This document shows, piece after piece, positions 17,756 through 27,382 of a stretch of 32,000 nt of DNA. Each line of letters begins with the position of its first letter. Position 1 is the stretch's first letter. Below the pieces are notes generated by a model. That model was not told the DNA's origin, did no database searches, and saw nothing but the letters and a program-made list of their open reading frames with translations. This stretch comes from Crocosphaera subtropica ATCC 51142 (GTDB taxonomy: Bacteria; Cyanobacteriota; Cyanobacteriia; Cyanobacteriales; Microcystaceae), in assembly GCF_000017845.1 (NCBI RefSeq), contig NC_010546.1:2550001-2582000 (forward strand). The letters run 5' to 3'. A program made the position numbers and the translations under genes.

Positions 17756-18160
17756 ATGCTCAACTTATCTGATAGAGAAGTAAGACAGAAATTTTTGCAA
17801 TGTAATTATTCTATTTTGTCCAGTTGTTTCTGGCATTTTCGTCAACACAAAGGAGAAGGATTATTAGTTGTTATTGTTGATGAATATGATGGCACGATCA
17901 AACTAGAATATGAAACGAATTTATCTGAGTTGTTTTCTGAGAGAACATTAAATAAAAAGGTTTATCCCAAGCTCAATAGCTATAATTATAATCAAGAGTT
18001 ATTAGTAGGGTTTCAACTCAAGTCAGAACGAAAAAAGAACTCGGATAACTGCATTTTACATTCTGTTGGTTCTAGTAATTTTCCTGTTAAAATAGCTGCT
18101 GAAGTGGCTCATATTTTATTTCAAAATCTTCAATCTGAAGAAGCGTTATGTGCAGCTTAA
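17756..18160 (+). CDS. Hypothetical protein
   Basis: A 134-aa ORF preceded by a strong Shine-Dalgarno sequence (AAGGAGG ending about 7 nt before the ATG). I recognise no family. Confidence 0.55.
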   Translation: MLNLSDREVRQKFLQCNYSILSSCFWHFRQHKGEGLLVVIVDEYDGTIKLEYETNLSELFSERTLNKKVYPKLNSYNYNQELLVGFQLKSERKKNSDNCILHSVGSSNFPVKIAAEVAHILFQNLQSEEALCAA

Positions 18161-18209
18161 GTAATCAATATTAAGTATTTATTCATGTTCTTACTTAATA
18201 TTGATTACT
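18160..18209. terminator. 18-bp perfect inverted repeat between convergent genes (likely bidirectional terminator)
   Basis: AGTAATCAATATTAAGTA (18160-18177) pairs with TACTTAATATTGATTACT (18192-18209) across a 14-nt loop. It sits in the 73-nt gap between the stop codons of 17756..18160 and 18234..18557. Confidence 0.6.
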
Positions 18210-18233
18210 AATTAAATTGGGTCATAACTTCCA

Positions 18234-18557
18234 TTAACGAGGGGGTTCAGAAGCTTCTATGAGAAAATGTTCTCCATTTTGTTGATAAATCAGAACTTGC
18301 TCACCTCTAGCTAGTGAATTACTAGGATGATGAAATCTTAGTTTCGTTTTATCAGATAGCTCAATAAATAAAATACTACCATAGGGTCCAGATACTACTC
18401 CCGTAATCGTACCAACTTCATAGGGGGATTTTCTAGCAACACTCTCAGAATTAGAATTTTGCAGTGAAGAAGGTTGCTTGCTCGGTTCTGCGGGGGTAAT
18501 TTTGGCAACAGAAACTAAGGCAATAATTGAAATTACGCCAACTAAAAATCCATTCAT
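18234..18557 (-). CDS. Hypothetical small exported or membrane-anchored protein
   Basis: A 107-aa protein with an N-terminal hydrophobic segment (MNGFLVGVISIIALVSVAKI) followed by a Ser/Pro-rich linker and a small beta-rich-looking domain. Confidence 0.5.
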   Translation of the reverse strand: MNGFLVGVISIIALVSVAKITPAEPSKQPSSLQNSNSESVARKSPYEVGTITGVVSGPYGSILFIELSDKTKLRFHHPSNSLARGEQVLIYQQNGEHFLIEASEPPR

Positions 18558-18802
18558 TTAATTGTCCTCAATGATGCAATGACTGAGGTTATTTCAGAAG
18601 TTCGTGACCTCAGTTATAACTATTTTTTCCCTTTCTTTTACTGTAGAAGTCACAGTTAACCTAAGCTATAAAAAGAAAATAAAATTTATGTATCAAAGAT
18701 AATAATCTTAAGTATTATTTTAGTTTTATTTGTCTCTAAATATAGTAAGTTATATTAAATATAAGGAATATAAATTAAGATTTTCAGACGGATAAAAATA
18801 AG

Positions 18803-18831
18803 ATTTTCCTATTTTCCTATTTTCCTATTTC
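18803..18831. repeat. Tandem octamer ATTTTCCT x3 (plus a partial fourth) upstream of the carotenoid oxygenase gene
   Basis: Three perfect contiguous copies at 18803-18826, followed by ATTTC. Confidence 0.8.
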
Positions 18832-18908
18832 AAAAGATGAGATTGATAAAATAAAATCGGACTTGTTAAACTAATAGAGATAAAATTTAAAGTTAAATAT
18901 TCAAGATT

Positions 18909-20315
18909 ATGCCAACTTGGTCAAAAGCGATCGCGCAACCAGCCGAAGAATTTCCCTTAAAACCCTTATCTATACTATCAGGAGAAATTCCCGATGGACT
19001 GAGAGGAAGTTTATACCGAAATGGACCAGCAAGACTAGAAAGAGGTGGCCAAAAAGTTGGCCATTGGTTTGATGGAGACGGAGCAATTTTAGCCATTCAT
19101 TTAACCGAAGAAGGTGCAACTGCAACCTATCGCTATGTACAAACAAAAGGGTATCAAAAAGAAGCAGAAGCGAACCGCTATCTATATCCTAATTATGGCA
19201 TGACTGTCCCTGGCCCATTCTGGAAAACCTGGGGAAAAGAAGTCAAAAATGCTGCTAACACATCGGTTTTAGCCTTACCCGAAAAATTATTAGCGTTGTG
19301 GGAAGGGGGAAATCCTTACGCTTTAGATTTGTACAATTTAGAAACAAAAGGATTAGATAATCTCTCTAATTTGAACGAGAAAGAACCTTTTTCAGCCCAT
19401 CCAAAAATTGATCCTCAAACGGGTAATATTTATAACTTTGGGATGAGTTTAGGCACAAAAGTTACATTACACCTTTATAAAAGCGATCGCACAGGAAACG
19501 TGATCCAAAAATCAGATTATTCCTTAGAAGGTATCCGTCTAATTCATGATTTTGTTTTAGCTGGATCATATATTGTTTTCTTTATTCCTCCGGTTCGTGT
19601 GAAACTATTACCTGCTGCATTAGGGTTCTCTAGTTTAAGCGAAGCAATGGAATGGAAACCGGAACTAGGAACAGAAATTTTAATTTTTGATCGAGATAGT
19701 TTATCCTTTGTGGCTAAAGGAAAAGCTGATCCTTGGTTTCAATGGCATTATAGTAACGGGTATGTTAACGAACAAGGAAATATTATCGTTGAAATAGTCC
19801 GTTATCCTGACTTTTCCACCAATCAAAACTTAAAAGAAGTACCCACAGGAAACATTAAAACGCCAGCAAAAGGAACCCTTTGGGAAGTAGAAATTGATGC
19901 CAAAACAGCTAAAGTGATCCGTCAAGAACAATTATTAGATAGGGGATCAGATTTTCCTATCGTTCCTACTCATCAAACGGGACAAAATTGGCGTTATACT
20001 TATTTATCAGTTCATCGAGAGAATGCAGATTTATCCGAGGAAATTTTAGGGGTAGTTGCTCGTTATGATCGACAATTAAATAAGCTAACCGTAGCTAATA
20101 TGGAAGAAAATTTATATGCGTCAGAATCGATTTTTGTACCTAATACTTCCAACTCAGAAATAGGATGGGTGTTAACCGTTGTTTATGATGGGAACGAACA
20201 TCGTTCAGAACTCAGAATTTATGAAAGTGAAGGGTTAGATAATAGTCCCCTTTGTCGTTTAGGGTTACCGAATGTTATTCCGCCAGGATTTCATGGAACT
20301 TGGAAACCAGCATAA
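18909..20315 (+). CDS. Carotenoid cleavage oxygenase (apocarotenoid-15,15'-oxygenase-like, RPE65 family)
   Basis: A 468-aa protein with LYRNGPA..., GDGAI and four His-containing motifs (FSAHPKID, LIHDF, QWHYSNG, GFHGTW) in the spacing typical of this family. Confidence 0.9.
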   Translation: MPTWSKAIAQPAEEFPLKPLSILSGEIPDGLRGSLYRNGPARLERGGQKVGHWFDGDGAILAIHLTEEGATATYRYVQTKGYQKEAEANRYLYPNYGMTVPGPFWKTWGKEVKNAANTSVLALPEKLLALWEGGNPYALDLYNLETKGLDNLSNLNEKEPFSAHPKIDPQTGNIYNFGMSLGTKVTLHLYKSDRTGNVIQKSDYSLEGIRLIHDFVLAGSYIVFFIPPVRVKLLPAALGFSSLSEAMEWKPELGTEILIFDRDSLSFVAKGKADPWFQWHYSNGYVNEQGNIIVEIVRYPDFSTNQNLKEVPTGNIKTPAKGTLWEVEIDAKTAKVIRQEQLLDRGSDFPIVPTHQTGQNWRYTYLSVHRENADLSEEILGVVARYDRQLNKLTVANMEENLYASESIFVPNTSNSEIGWVLTVVYDGNEHRSELRIYESEGLDNSPLCRLGLPNVIPPGFHGTWKPA

Positions 20316-20322
20316 TTAATCA

Positions 20323-20916
20323 TTAAGGTAGCAGTAAACTTTCCCCTGTTTTTCCCGTTAGTAACCAGAGAAAAGATCGTCCTCCGTCCCTAACCAGTTT
20401 CTCAATGGGTTCGGGGGAATCATCAGAAGGAACAGAGAGGGGTTTAAGGGTAATTCCTTGAGTCCCAAAAACAATTTCTCCGATAATTCTGGCTCGATTC
20501 ATGTGATTATCAGAAGTGATTAAATAAACACTATCAATGCCTTGAGCTTTGAATTCTTTAACCAAGGTGGTAAAGTTAGTGACCGTATCCTTGGCCTGAT
20601 AATCAAGATGAAGGCGATCGCCACTCACCCCTGCACTGGTAAATATTTTAGTAACATAGTTTTGCGGACTTCCTGAAGAAACCCAAATAGGTAAGTCAGG
20701 GTGTTCAAGAGCAAGTTTGGCCGCAAACCGTTCTCGATCTTCGTGACCTCCTAAAACAAAAATGGCTTCAGGTTGCACAAAATAAGCCTGTAACTGTTTA
20801 TAACCCAACCATAACCCTAAAGTGGCCAGACAAAGAAGTGGAAAAAGGCGTTTTTTAGGTTTGCGACGAGTAATAACTTTAACGTCTGGTTTAGAGGAGC
20901 GAATTTTGAGAAACAT
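20323..20916 (-). CDS. YdcF/ElyC-type DUF218 protein
   Basis: A 197-aa protein with an N-terminal membrane anchor, then IFVLGGHEDRERFAAKLA...SSG...AKDTVTNF...VYLITSDNHMNRA, which matches the DUF218 pattern. Confidence 0.85.
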   Translation of the reverse strand: MFLKIRSSKPDVKVITRRKPKKRLFPLLCLATLGLWLGYKQLQAYFVQPEAIFVLGGHEDRERFAAKLALEHPDLPIWVSSGSPQNYVTKIFTSAGVSGDRLHLDYQAKDTVTNFTTLVKEFKAQGIDSVYLITSDNHMNRARIIGEIVFGTQGITLKPLSVPSDDSPEPIEKLVRDGGRSFLWLLTGKTGESLLLP

Positions 20917-21083
20917 AAATTATGATACTCATACCAACGTCTTGATGAGTCTGTGCTAAAGAGTTATGACCAAGTTATCCATTGATTGCTTAAGGTTTAG
21001 CACATATCATTTATAAGTGACGTAGTTAAGATAATTATGCTCCCTTAATTAAAAATTCAACTGTGTTGCATCTTCTTCATTAT

Positions 21084-21113
21084 AAAAAAATAGGGGGAAA
21101 TAGACTCCCCCTA
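21084..21113 (-). terminator. Rho-independent terminator of the 17M/ChaB-like gene
   Basis: On the minus strand, TAGGGGGA-gtctatt-TCCCCCTA is followed by TTTTTTT (plus-strand A run 21084-21090). It begins 14 nt after the stop codon. Confidence 0.7.
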
Positions 21114-21126
21114 AACATTTAATCTT

Positions 21127-21903
21127 TTAGACCAATGCTGCTTTTTTCTCTTCTTTTGTCCAGACACCGTTCTCGTCCTCTGTGTAGACTTCTTTGATGG
21201 TTTCCCATGCAGCTTGTTCGGCCTTCATTTCGTCATTAGTTTCATCAAATACGGCGTTATAGCGTTCGATGAATGTTTTTTGTGCGTCTTCGGATAAATG
21301 GGCTTTCACTTCGATGGCTAAATCTTCGGGACTTTCGCAGCGTCCAGGACAGGGGTGAGGTAAGGTAGCATCTGTAACGTGGATTTCTTGACCCCCTGCG
21401 CTTTCCATTAACAGGATATATTCTCCAGAACGGTTGTCGGGAACCTCGGCCATGACGATAAATTCCCCTGCTTTAAGACGGGTTTCGTAGAGAGTTGCCT
21501 TATCTTCAGGCATTCCCCAGGTAGATAGCACTGAAGCCAAACCGCCACCAGCCCCACCAGCGATCGCACCTGTGGCCGCACCGAGTAATAGAGAACTCAA
21601 AGGACCCGCAGCCACAACAGACCCAACAAAGGGGATAAAGAGAACGCCGACACCCGTTAGTAAACTCAGAATAGAACCGAAGAGGGACCCGAAAATTGCC
21701 CCACTACGCAATCCACCCAGAATTACGTCTTTTTTAGTCACAAAGCCACTGATACGGGTCTGAGATTGGAAATCTCTACCCATAACGGACAAATGATCTT
21801 GGGGTACATCCCTATCTAACAGTCGGTTGATGACCGTGTCGACTTGCTTTTCATTTTGGAAAATTGCGGTAATGGTTTTTTCTGCTTGATAATTGTTACT
21901 CAT
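21127..21903 (-). CDS. GSP17M/YflT-like glycine-zipper membrane protein fused to a C-terminal ChaB-like domain
   Basis: Same architecture as 15943..16506: [34 protein letters not shown], a Gly-zipper core, then [25 protein letters not shown]. It adds a C-terminal [20 protein letters not shown]...[23 protein letters not shown], which resembles ChaB (LP.HAQ.IY..AFN......AH.VAWAAVK..Y......W.K). The Met at 21903 (MSNNYQ) is preferred over the track start at 21981. Confidence 0.72.
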   Translation of the reverse strand: MSNNYQAEKTITAIFQNEKQVDTVINRLLDRDVPQDHLSVMGRDFQSQTRISGFVTKKDVILGGLRSGAIFGSLFGSILSLLTGVGVLFIPFVGSVVAAGPLSSLLLGAATGAIAGGAGGGLASVLSTWGMPEDKATLYETRLKAGEFIVMAEVPDNRSGEYILLMESAGGQEIHVTDATLPHPCPGRCESPEDLAIEVKAHLSEDAQKTFIERYNAVFDETNDEMKAEQAAWETIKEVYTEDENGVWTKEEKKAALV

Positions 21904-21994
21904 AGACAATGATATTTTTTGTAACGGCAAATTAAAGTTAAAAGAAGGGTGAGAATTGAGACAAGGCTTTAACCTTGCCAAAAATCCATTCTAT

Positions 21995-22534
21995 TTAGGC
22001 ATTCACGGTTGGTTGGGTTTCATTCCCTGTACGTCCGCCACTACTGTAGAGTTGTTCTCCTTCGACGAAAGAGCGTAACATCCAGGCCATATCCTCATGT
22101 TGTTCCATAATTCCTGTTAGAAAATCTGCGGTTCCTTCATCTTGGAATTCATCAGAACAACGGTTAATATCCGATCTTAAATTACGAATAACCTGTTCGT
22201 GATCATTGGCTAATCTCGCTACCATTTCAGTGGCCGAAGGTAAGTCATTAGGATGCTCTTTTAAGGTGGCTAATTCTAAAAATCCTTTAGCGGTTCCTGC
22301 GGGATACCCCCCCAATGCACGGATTCTTTCTGCAGTTTCATCAATATTTTCTGATAGGGTATTGTAGTGTTCTTCCCAAAGCTCATGGAGCGTCATAAAC
22401 TGAGGCCCGACGACATCCCAATGATATTTTTTAGTTTTAATATTTAAAAGGTAGAAGTCAGCTAAATGACGGTTTAAAACCTCAATAACGCCATATCTTT
22501 GTTCTTCTGTTAATCCAATGTTTAAAGTAGCCAT
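21995..22534 (-). CDS. dps: Dps (DNA-binding ferritin-like starvation/stress protein)
   Basis: A 179-aa protein, ...LNRHLADFYLLNIKTKKYHWDVVGPQFMTLHELWEEHYNTLSENIDETAERIRALGG..., carrying the Dps ferroxidase-centre residues (H..W.V.G..F..LH..F.E....D..AER). Confidence 0.93.
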   Translation of the reverse strand: MATLNIGLTEEQRYGVIEVLNRHLADFYLLNIKTKKYHWDVVGPQFMTLHELWEEHYNTLSENIDETAERIRALGGYPAGTAKGFLELATLKEHPNDLPSATEMVARLANDHEQVIRNLRSDINRCSDEFQDEGTADFLTGIMEQHEDMAWMLRSFVEGEQLYSSGGRTGNETQPTVNA

Positions 22535-22733
22535 AAATGATTTATTTTTACTGTGTCTTCACTTAACCATTAAATCAATTTGATTAAGGGTTTTCCATCT
22601 ACTGTCTGATAGATATTAAAGTTTTGTAAATTAGTTGATCTATCTTTAGGTATAGTTCAAGAGTGATAAACCTGAGTTTGGGGTGAGGAGTTATCTGAAA
22701 TCTCTTTGAATACTAAACTTGATAGTAGGGTAA

Positions 22734-22774
22734 GCAGAGAGAGCAGAGGAGGCAGAGGGAGCAGGGGTGTGCAG
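22734..22774. repeat. Purine-rich 9-bp tandem repeat GCAGRGRRR x4 (plus a partial copy) in the divergent Dps / membrane-protein promoter region
   Basis: GCAGAGAGA GCAGAGGAG GCAGAGGGA GCAGGGGTG (T)GCAG at 22734-22774. Confidence 0.75.
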
Positions 22775-22870
22775 TCTAACGGGGTGATTTAGATGTCTAA
22801 GAGATTATCTGTGTCATCATAAAGAAGAATCCATTGAGCTAAAACTGTCATAGTTTTCACCATTCAGATC

Positions 22871-23440
22871 ATGAGCCAAAAGTACGAAATTTCTCGACCC
22901 CTTCCCCCCAATGTTAAACGGGCAGCCACTATTCTACAATGGTCAGGTAATGTAGGCTTCTGGGGACAGTTAGTATTAGGTGTATTAGCTGCTGCGTTGT
23001 TATTCTTATCCTTAGCCGGTCTAGTCGCACAACAAAAATCTACCGAAGGCACTTCTTTTAGTGTGTTTTGTTCGGTTGCTGGAGTGATTTCACTGGTAAT
23101 CAGTATTTTAATTTGTTTTCGCTATAAAAAAATTGCTCAACTGATGCGAAACCCTGATGCGAAACTACGGCCAAAAAAATCATCTACCTTACGATTAATT
23201 CGAGCCGGTTTATTGTCTAATTTAGTGGGTATTTTTCTGTCAATTATTGGTGCAGAAGGGTTTGTGGGTATTTTGTGGCGAAAACTCTCTAATATTCCTC
23301 AAGGTGCAGCCGTTTATGATACCAGTAAGTTGCCCACTCCTAGCGAAATTTTACTGCTTCTGGCTAATACTCACACCATTTTGTGTCACTTTGCTGGTAT
23401 TGTGGTAGGTCTTTATTTATTAGATCGTTTAGATCGATAA
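22871..23440 (+). CDS. Four-helix membrane protein, possibly DUF3611 / Tic21-PIC1-like
   Basis: A 189-aa protein with four well-spaced hydrophobic helices. The family assignment is from memory only and is not verified. Confidence 0.55.
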   Translation: MSQKYEISRPLPPNVKRAATILQWSGNVGFWGQLVLGVLAAALLFLSLAGLVAQQKSTEGTSFSVFCSVAGVISLVISILICFRYKKIAQLMRNPDAKLRPKKSSTLRLIRAGLLSNLVGIFLSIIGAEGFVGILWRKLSNIPQGAAVYDTSKLPTPSEILLLLANTHTILCHFAGIVVGLYLLDRLDR

Positions 23441-23546
23441 TGGGATAATCATACTAACTCCGATTATCATCGGCGACTAAAGAAGATAGGCACAAGTTAG
23501 TCTACTTTTAAAAGCGGACTTAATATAACATGAGGCAATGTAAGTA

Positions 23547-23879
23547 ATGCAACGAACAAGATTAAATACTTTAGTTGAAGTTACTCAAACCAAGTTTAAT
23601 CAAACTTTTAGTAATCCTTGGCGACGTATTTCCCTCAGTTTAATTAGTCTTCTTCTCGGCTTTTTTGTCGGTCAATCTGTTTCTATCACCGCAGGACAAG
23701 AAGCTTATTGGGATATTACTGTCGGCATTTTTTTGTTGATTTTTACAGAAGGAATTAGTCGCATAGCTTATAGTCAAAATAAAAAGAAAGGGCGATCACT
23801 TGGCCTCGATATTCTCAATCTTTTTAAAATTGGCATGACTTATGGGTTATATATTGAAGCTCTTAAATTGGGATCTTAG
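23547..23879 (+). CDS. Ycf20-like small membrane protein (DUF565)
   Basis: A 110-aa protein with a basic N-terminus and then two or three helices (ISLSLISLLLGFFVGQSV..., DITVGIFLLIFTEGISR), ending IEALKLGS. Size and layout match cyanobacterial/plastid Ycf20. Confidence 0.6.
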   Translation: MQRTRLNTLVEVTQTKFNQTFSNPWRRISLSLISLLLGFFVGQSVSITAGQEAYWDITVGIFLLIFTEGISRIAYSQNKKKGRSLGLDILNLFKIGMTYGLYIEALKLGS

Positions 23880-23952
23880 TTAAACCGCATCTAGTTTGAA
23901 AACAGTAGTTTATGAACAAACAGAGAACGGGAAACAGATACTATGAAAAACG

Positions 23953-25023
23953 ATGAAATCTATTCACTTATTAAAAAATTTTAATCAAGATTCGTCTTTA
24001 TCTTCTCATGAAATAGCAACTTTATTAGAGGAAGACTTACAAGATTACTCTTTCTGTAATGCTTTTGATATAACACCAGAAAATGGCTTTGAAAAGATTA
24101 GAAATCGTCTTGATCTATGGGAAAAAAGTTATGATTTAGTTGCTCAATATTGTCAACAATTAGGGTTTGATTCCCTTGATATTATGTCCCTTTTATGGGA
24201 ATTTTGGTTACCTTTAGCAATTCAATTAAGCCAAGAAAAAAGTCAACAAAAATCGACCTTAATTCAAGGAATTTTAGGGGGACAAGGAACAGGTAAAACA
24301 ACCTTATCACACATTCTCTGTTTAATTTTAAAACAATTAGACCATCAAACCCTGACTATTTCTATTGATGACTTCTATACAACCTACGATGAACGTCAAA
24401 AACTGAAAAAAATTGATCCTCGCTTTATTTGGCGAGGTCCTCCAGGAACCCATGACGTAGAGTTAGGGATTAAAGTTTTAAATCAATTAAAAAATCCCCA
24501 TCATTCTGACTCGATTTTGATTCCTCGTTTTGATAAATCTTTATGGAATGGTCAGGGTGATAGAATAGAACCAGAACCCATTAATCACCCTGATATTGTT
24601 TTATTTGAAGGTTGGTTTTTAGGGGTTTGTCCTATTGAGCAAACTCGATTCAATGATGCACCGTTACCCATTAAAACAGAAGAAGATAGACAGTTTGCTA
24701 AAGATATTAATGAAAAATTAAAAGCTTATTTACCCTTATGGGAAAAACTAGATAGCCTGATTATTCTTTATCCTCAACACTACCATTTTAGTAAACAATG
24801 GCGCAAAGAAGCAGAACATAAAATGATATCATCAGGAAAAACAGGGATGAGTGATCAAGAAGTAGAAGATTTCGTTAACTATTTTTGGAAAGCTTTACAT
24901 CCTGAACTATTTATAACACCGTTAGCCCAAAATCCTAACCTGGTTGATTTAGTGATTACCATTGATAAGAATCATCAACCTCAACAAATTCAGCAGTATC
25001 TGAAATTGAACACACCCCATTAA
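23953..25023 (+). CDS. D-glycerate 3-kinase (plant/cyanobacterial GLYK type P-loop kinase)
   Basis: Contains the P-loop GILGGQGTGKTTLS, then ISIDDFYTTYDERQKL, RGPPGTHDVELG, IPRFDKS..NGQGDR and DIVLFEGWFLG, which is the motif series of GLYK-type kinases. Confidence 0.85.
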   Translation: MKSIHLLKNFNQDSSLSSHEIATLLEEDLQDYSFCNAFDITPENGFEKIRNRLDLWEKSYDLVAQYCQQLGFDSLDIMSLLWEFWLPLAIQLSQEKSQQKSTLIQGILGGQGTGKTTLSHILCLILKQLDHQTLTISIDDFYTTYDERQKLKKIDPRFIWRGPPGTHDVELGIKVLNQLKNPHHSDSILIPRFDKSLWNGQGDRIEPEPINHPDIVLFEGWFLGVCPIEQTRFNDAPLPIKTEEDRQFAKDINEKLKAYLPLWEKLDSLIILYPQHYHFSKQWRKEAEHKMISSGKTGMSDQEVEDFVNYFWKALHPELFITPLAQNPNLVDLVITIDKNHQPQQIQQYLKLNTPH

Positions 25024-25053
25024 TAATAGAACAGTTAGTCTAAAATTAATTCG

Positions 25054-25971
25054 ATGGAAAAACCCTCAGTCATTGGCCTTGATCTCGGTGGAACCGCTAT
25101 TAAACTTGGACAGTTCTTAGAAGATGGTACTTGCATCAATTCTCTAACTGTTGCTACCCCTCAACCCTCAACCCCTGAAGCGGTGGTCGAAACGATGATA
25201 CAAGCGATCGCCCAACTCACCCCGAATCAAAACTGTATTGCTTTGGGGGTAGGAACCCCTGGTCCGGCTGATAAAAACGGTAGAATTGCTAAAGTCGCTA
25301 TTAACCTGGCCGGATGGCAAGATGTTCCTCTAGCGGACTGTTTAGAAAAAGGGACTGGACTTCCCACAACCATTGCTAATGATGCTAACTGTGCCGGGTT
25401 AGGAGAAGCTTGGTTAGGTGCCGGAAAAGACTATGAACATTTGCTCATGTTAACCTTGGGAACGGGAGTGGGAGGGGCAATTATTCTCAATGGCCATCTG
25501 TTTACAGGTCATTTAGGGGCAGCCGGAGAATTAGGGTTAATTACTCTCAATTTTGATGGGCCTATGTGCAATAGTGGTAATAACGGATCATTAGAACAAT
25601 ATGGCTCAATTCAAGCCATTCGTCGTATGACGGGTAAAGAACCAGCAGAATTAGGAAAATTAGCGGAAACAGGTGACCCAGAAGCCCTAGACTTTTGGGA
25701 AAGCTATGGTCGTTTATTAGGTGCCGGGTTAGCTAGTTTAATTTATGTGTTGACCCCACAAGCGATCGTCATTGGAGGGGGAATTAGTGGAAGTACACGG
25801 TTTTTCTTTCCAGCCGTCCTACAAGAAATAGAAAGACGAGTGTTACCCAGTTCCCGTGAAAATTTACAGTTATTGACCGCAAAATTGGGTAATCAAGCAG
25901 GAATGGTAGGTGCAGCCAAATTAGCTTGGGAATTAGTCGAGAAACAAAAAAGTCTCAACTATCAAGTATAG
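25054..25971 (+). CDS. ROK-family sugar kinase (glucokinase-like)
   Basis: A 305-aa protein with IGLDLGGTAIKLG (ATP-binding), NDANCAGLGEAW, LTLGTGVGGAIILNG, GELG and GGGIS. Confidence 0.88.
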   Translation: MEKPSVIGLDLGGTAIKLGQFLEDGTCINSLTVATPQPSTPEAVVETMIQAIAQLTPNQNCIALGVGTPGPADKNGRIAKVAINLAGWQDVPLADCLEKGTGLPTTIANDANCAGLGEAWLGAGKDYEHLLMLTLGTGVGGAIILNGHLFTGHLGAAGELGLITLNFDGPMCNSGNNGSLEQYGSIQAIRRMTGKEPAELGKLAETGDPEALDFWESYGRLLGAGLASLIYVLTPQAIVIGGGISGSTRFFFPAVLQEIERRVLPSSRENLQLLTAKLGNQAGMVGAAKLAWELVEKQKSLNYQV

Positions 25972-26011
25972 TATTCAAAGAGATTTCGTATCAGCTTATC
26001 CCGAACTCACG

Positions 26012-27382
26012 TTATCTAACTTCCCAAAAATGTTGCTGAAAATATTGTTGGTATAACCGACAACTCATAACAACTTTATGACTTTTAAAATCAACTAATC
26101 CTAAACTTTGTAATTTAATAGATTGTACCACATCTAATTCAATGGGATCAGAGGAAAAAACCACTTTTTTTAAAGCTTCTAATAAGTCAGAATTTAGTTG
26201 TTTTAAACTCCATAACTGTCGTTGAAGATGGTCACGATAAATGTGAGAAGCACCATGAGGATCACTGGTGAGTATTTCTTCTAGGGTAATTCTTTTAAGG
26301 CAAATATTATACAACGCTAATCGTAATAAATAGGGATTACCTCCCACTAAATTCATCAAATTTTCTACTTCTTCTAATGACAAATTTAGCTCATGAATTT
26401 TCCCCAAATCCTGAACTTGTTTAGGAGTAAACCTAGGTAACTCAATGGGAATCCCTACATTAAAAGGGGAGTGAGTGACTTTGAGGGGAATATAAACTTC
26501 AGAAGAATGAACAACAATCAAGCGTAATTTCTTCCAAATATCTCGGTTTTTTCCCTCTTCATGCCAAGCTCTTAACAAGCCAAAAAAATCATCCGCTAAA
26601 TCAGGGTATTCAAACAAACGATCTACATCATCTAATCCTAAAACTAAAGGATTTTTTAAGTTCGATAAAATATACTCTTCAAAATAAATTTTACAGCTAA
26701 TTTTACTTCCAAATAAATCATCCCAATAGTCGGTTACTTTTTTCTCAAGTTTTAAATTTAAACTAATATTAGCGCAGAACCATTGTAAAAATTTATCTAA
26801 ATCTTGAAATAAACCTGTATCTGCTAATTGAAAACTTAAAGAAACACCAGCACAATTATGGTTATTTGCATAATCGATAATTCGAGTGAGGAGAGAACTT
26901 TTTCCCATGCGTCTTGATGCTTTGAGTCGAATTAATGCGCCTGGTTGTAAAATAGCGTTATAACAGTCTGATTCGATTGGCGATCGCTCCAGATAAAATG
27001 GAGAATTGAGGGGAACTTGTCCTTCGGGTAACTCAGGATCACAACTTACAGAATATGAGGTGTCTTCTTTGGAACTTATCGGAGGATAATAAAAATCCTC
27101 GTCACACAAATTTAGCTGAAATGCTCTAAAACAACATTTGAGGGTTTGTTTATCCACTCGTAACTCACAAGCAAAGACTTTCATCAGGGTATCCATTGCT
27201 AACCCAGTTTTTTCGCTTAATGCTTCTAAGGTATAGCGATTTCCTTTATTTTCTACATATTCAGCTTCAATCCTAGCATTGTGCAGTTTTTCTAATCCTT
27301 TCTCTGTTAAAATCACTCCACGTCGTCGTCTTTGTTTTTTTGGATTGTTTCCTGTCATAAGCATACAAATCTTAGATCGCAA
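26012..27382 (-). CDS. HTH plus AAA_35-type (STAND-like) NTPase
   Basis: A 456-aa protein. The basic N-terminus KKQRRRRGVILTEKGLEKLHNARIEAE...NRYTLEALSEKTGLAMDTLMKVF is HTH-like. It is followed by PLNSPFYLERSPIESDCYNAILQPGALIRLKASRRMGKSSLLTRI (Walker A variant) and LVLGLDDVDRLF (Walker B), matching the cyanobacterial AAA-like domain family. Confidence 0.78.
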   Translation of the reverse strand: MRSKICMLMTGNNPKKQRRRRGVILTEKGLEKLHNARIEAEYVENKGNRYTLEALSEKTGLAMDTLMKVFACELRVDKQTLKCCFRAFQLNLCDEDFYYPPISSKEDTSYSVSCDPELPEGQVPLNSPFYLERSPIESDCYNAILQPGALIRLKASRRMGKSSLLTRIIDYANNHNCAGVSLSFQLADTGLFQDLDKFLQWFCANISLNLKLEKKVTDYWDDLFGSKISCKIYFEEYILSNLKNPLVLGLDDVDRLFEYPDLADDFFGLLRAWHEEGKNRDIWKKLRLIVVHSSEVYIPLKVTHSPFNVGIPIELPRFTPKQVQDLGKIHELNLSLEEVENLMNLVGGNPYLLRLALYNICLKRITLEEILTSDPHGASHIYRDHLQRQLWSLKQLNSDLLEALKKVVFSSDPIELDVVQSIKLQSLGLVDFKSHKVVMSCRLYQQYFQQHFWEVR

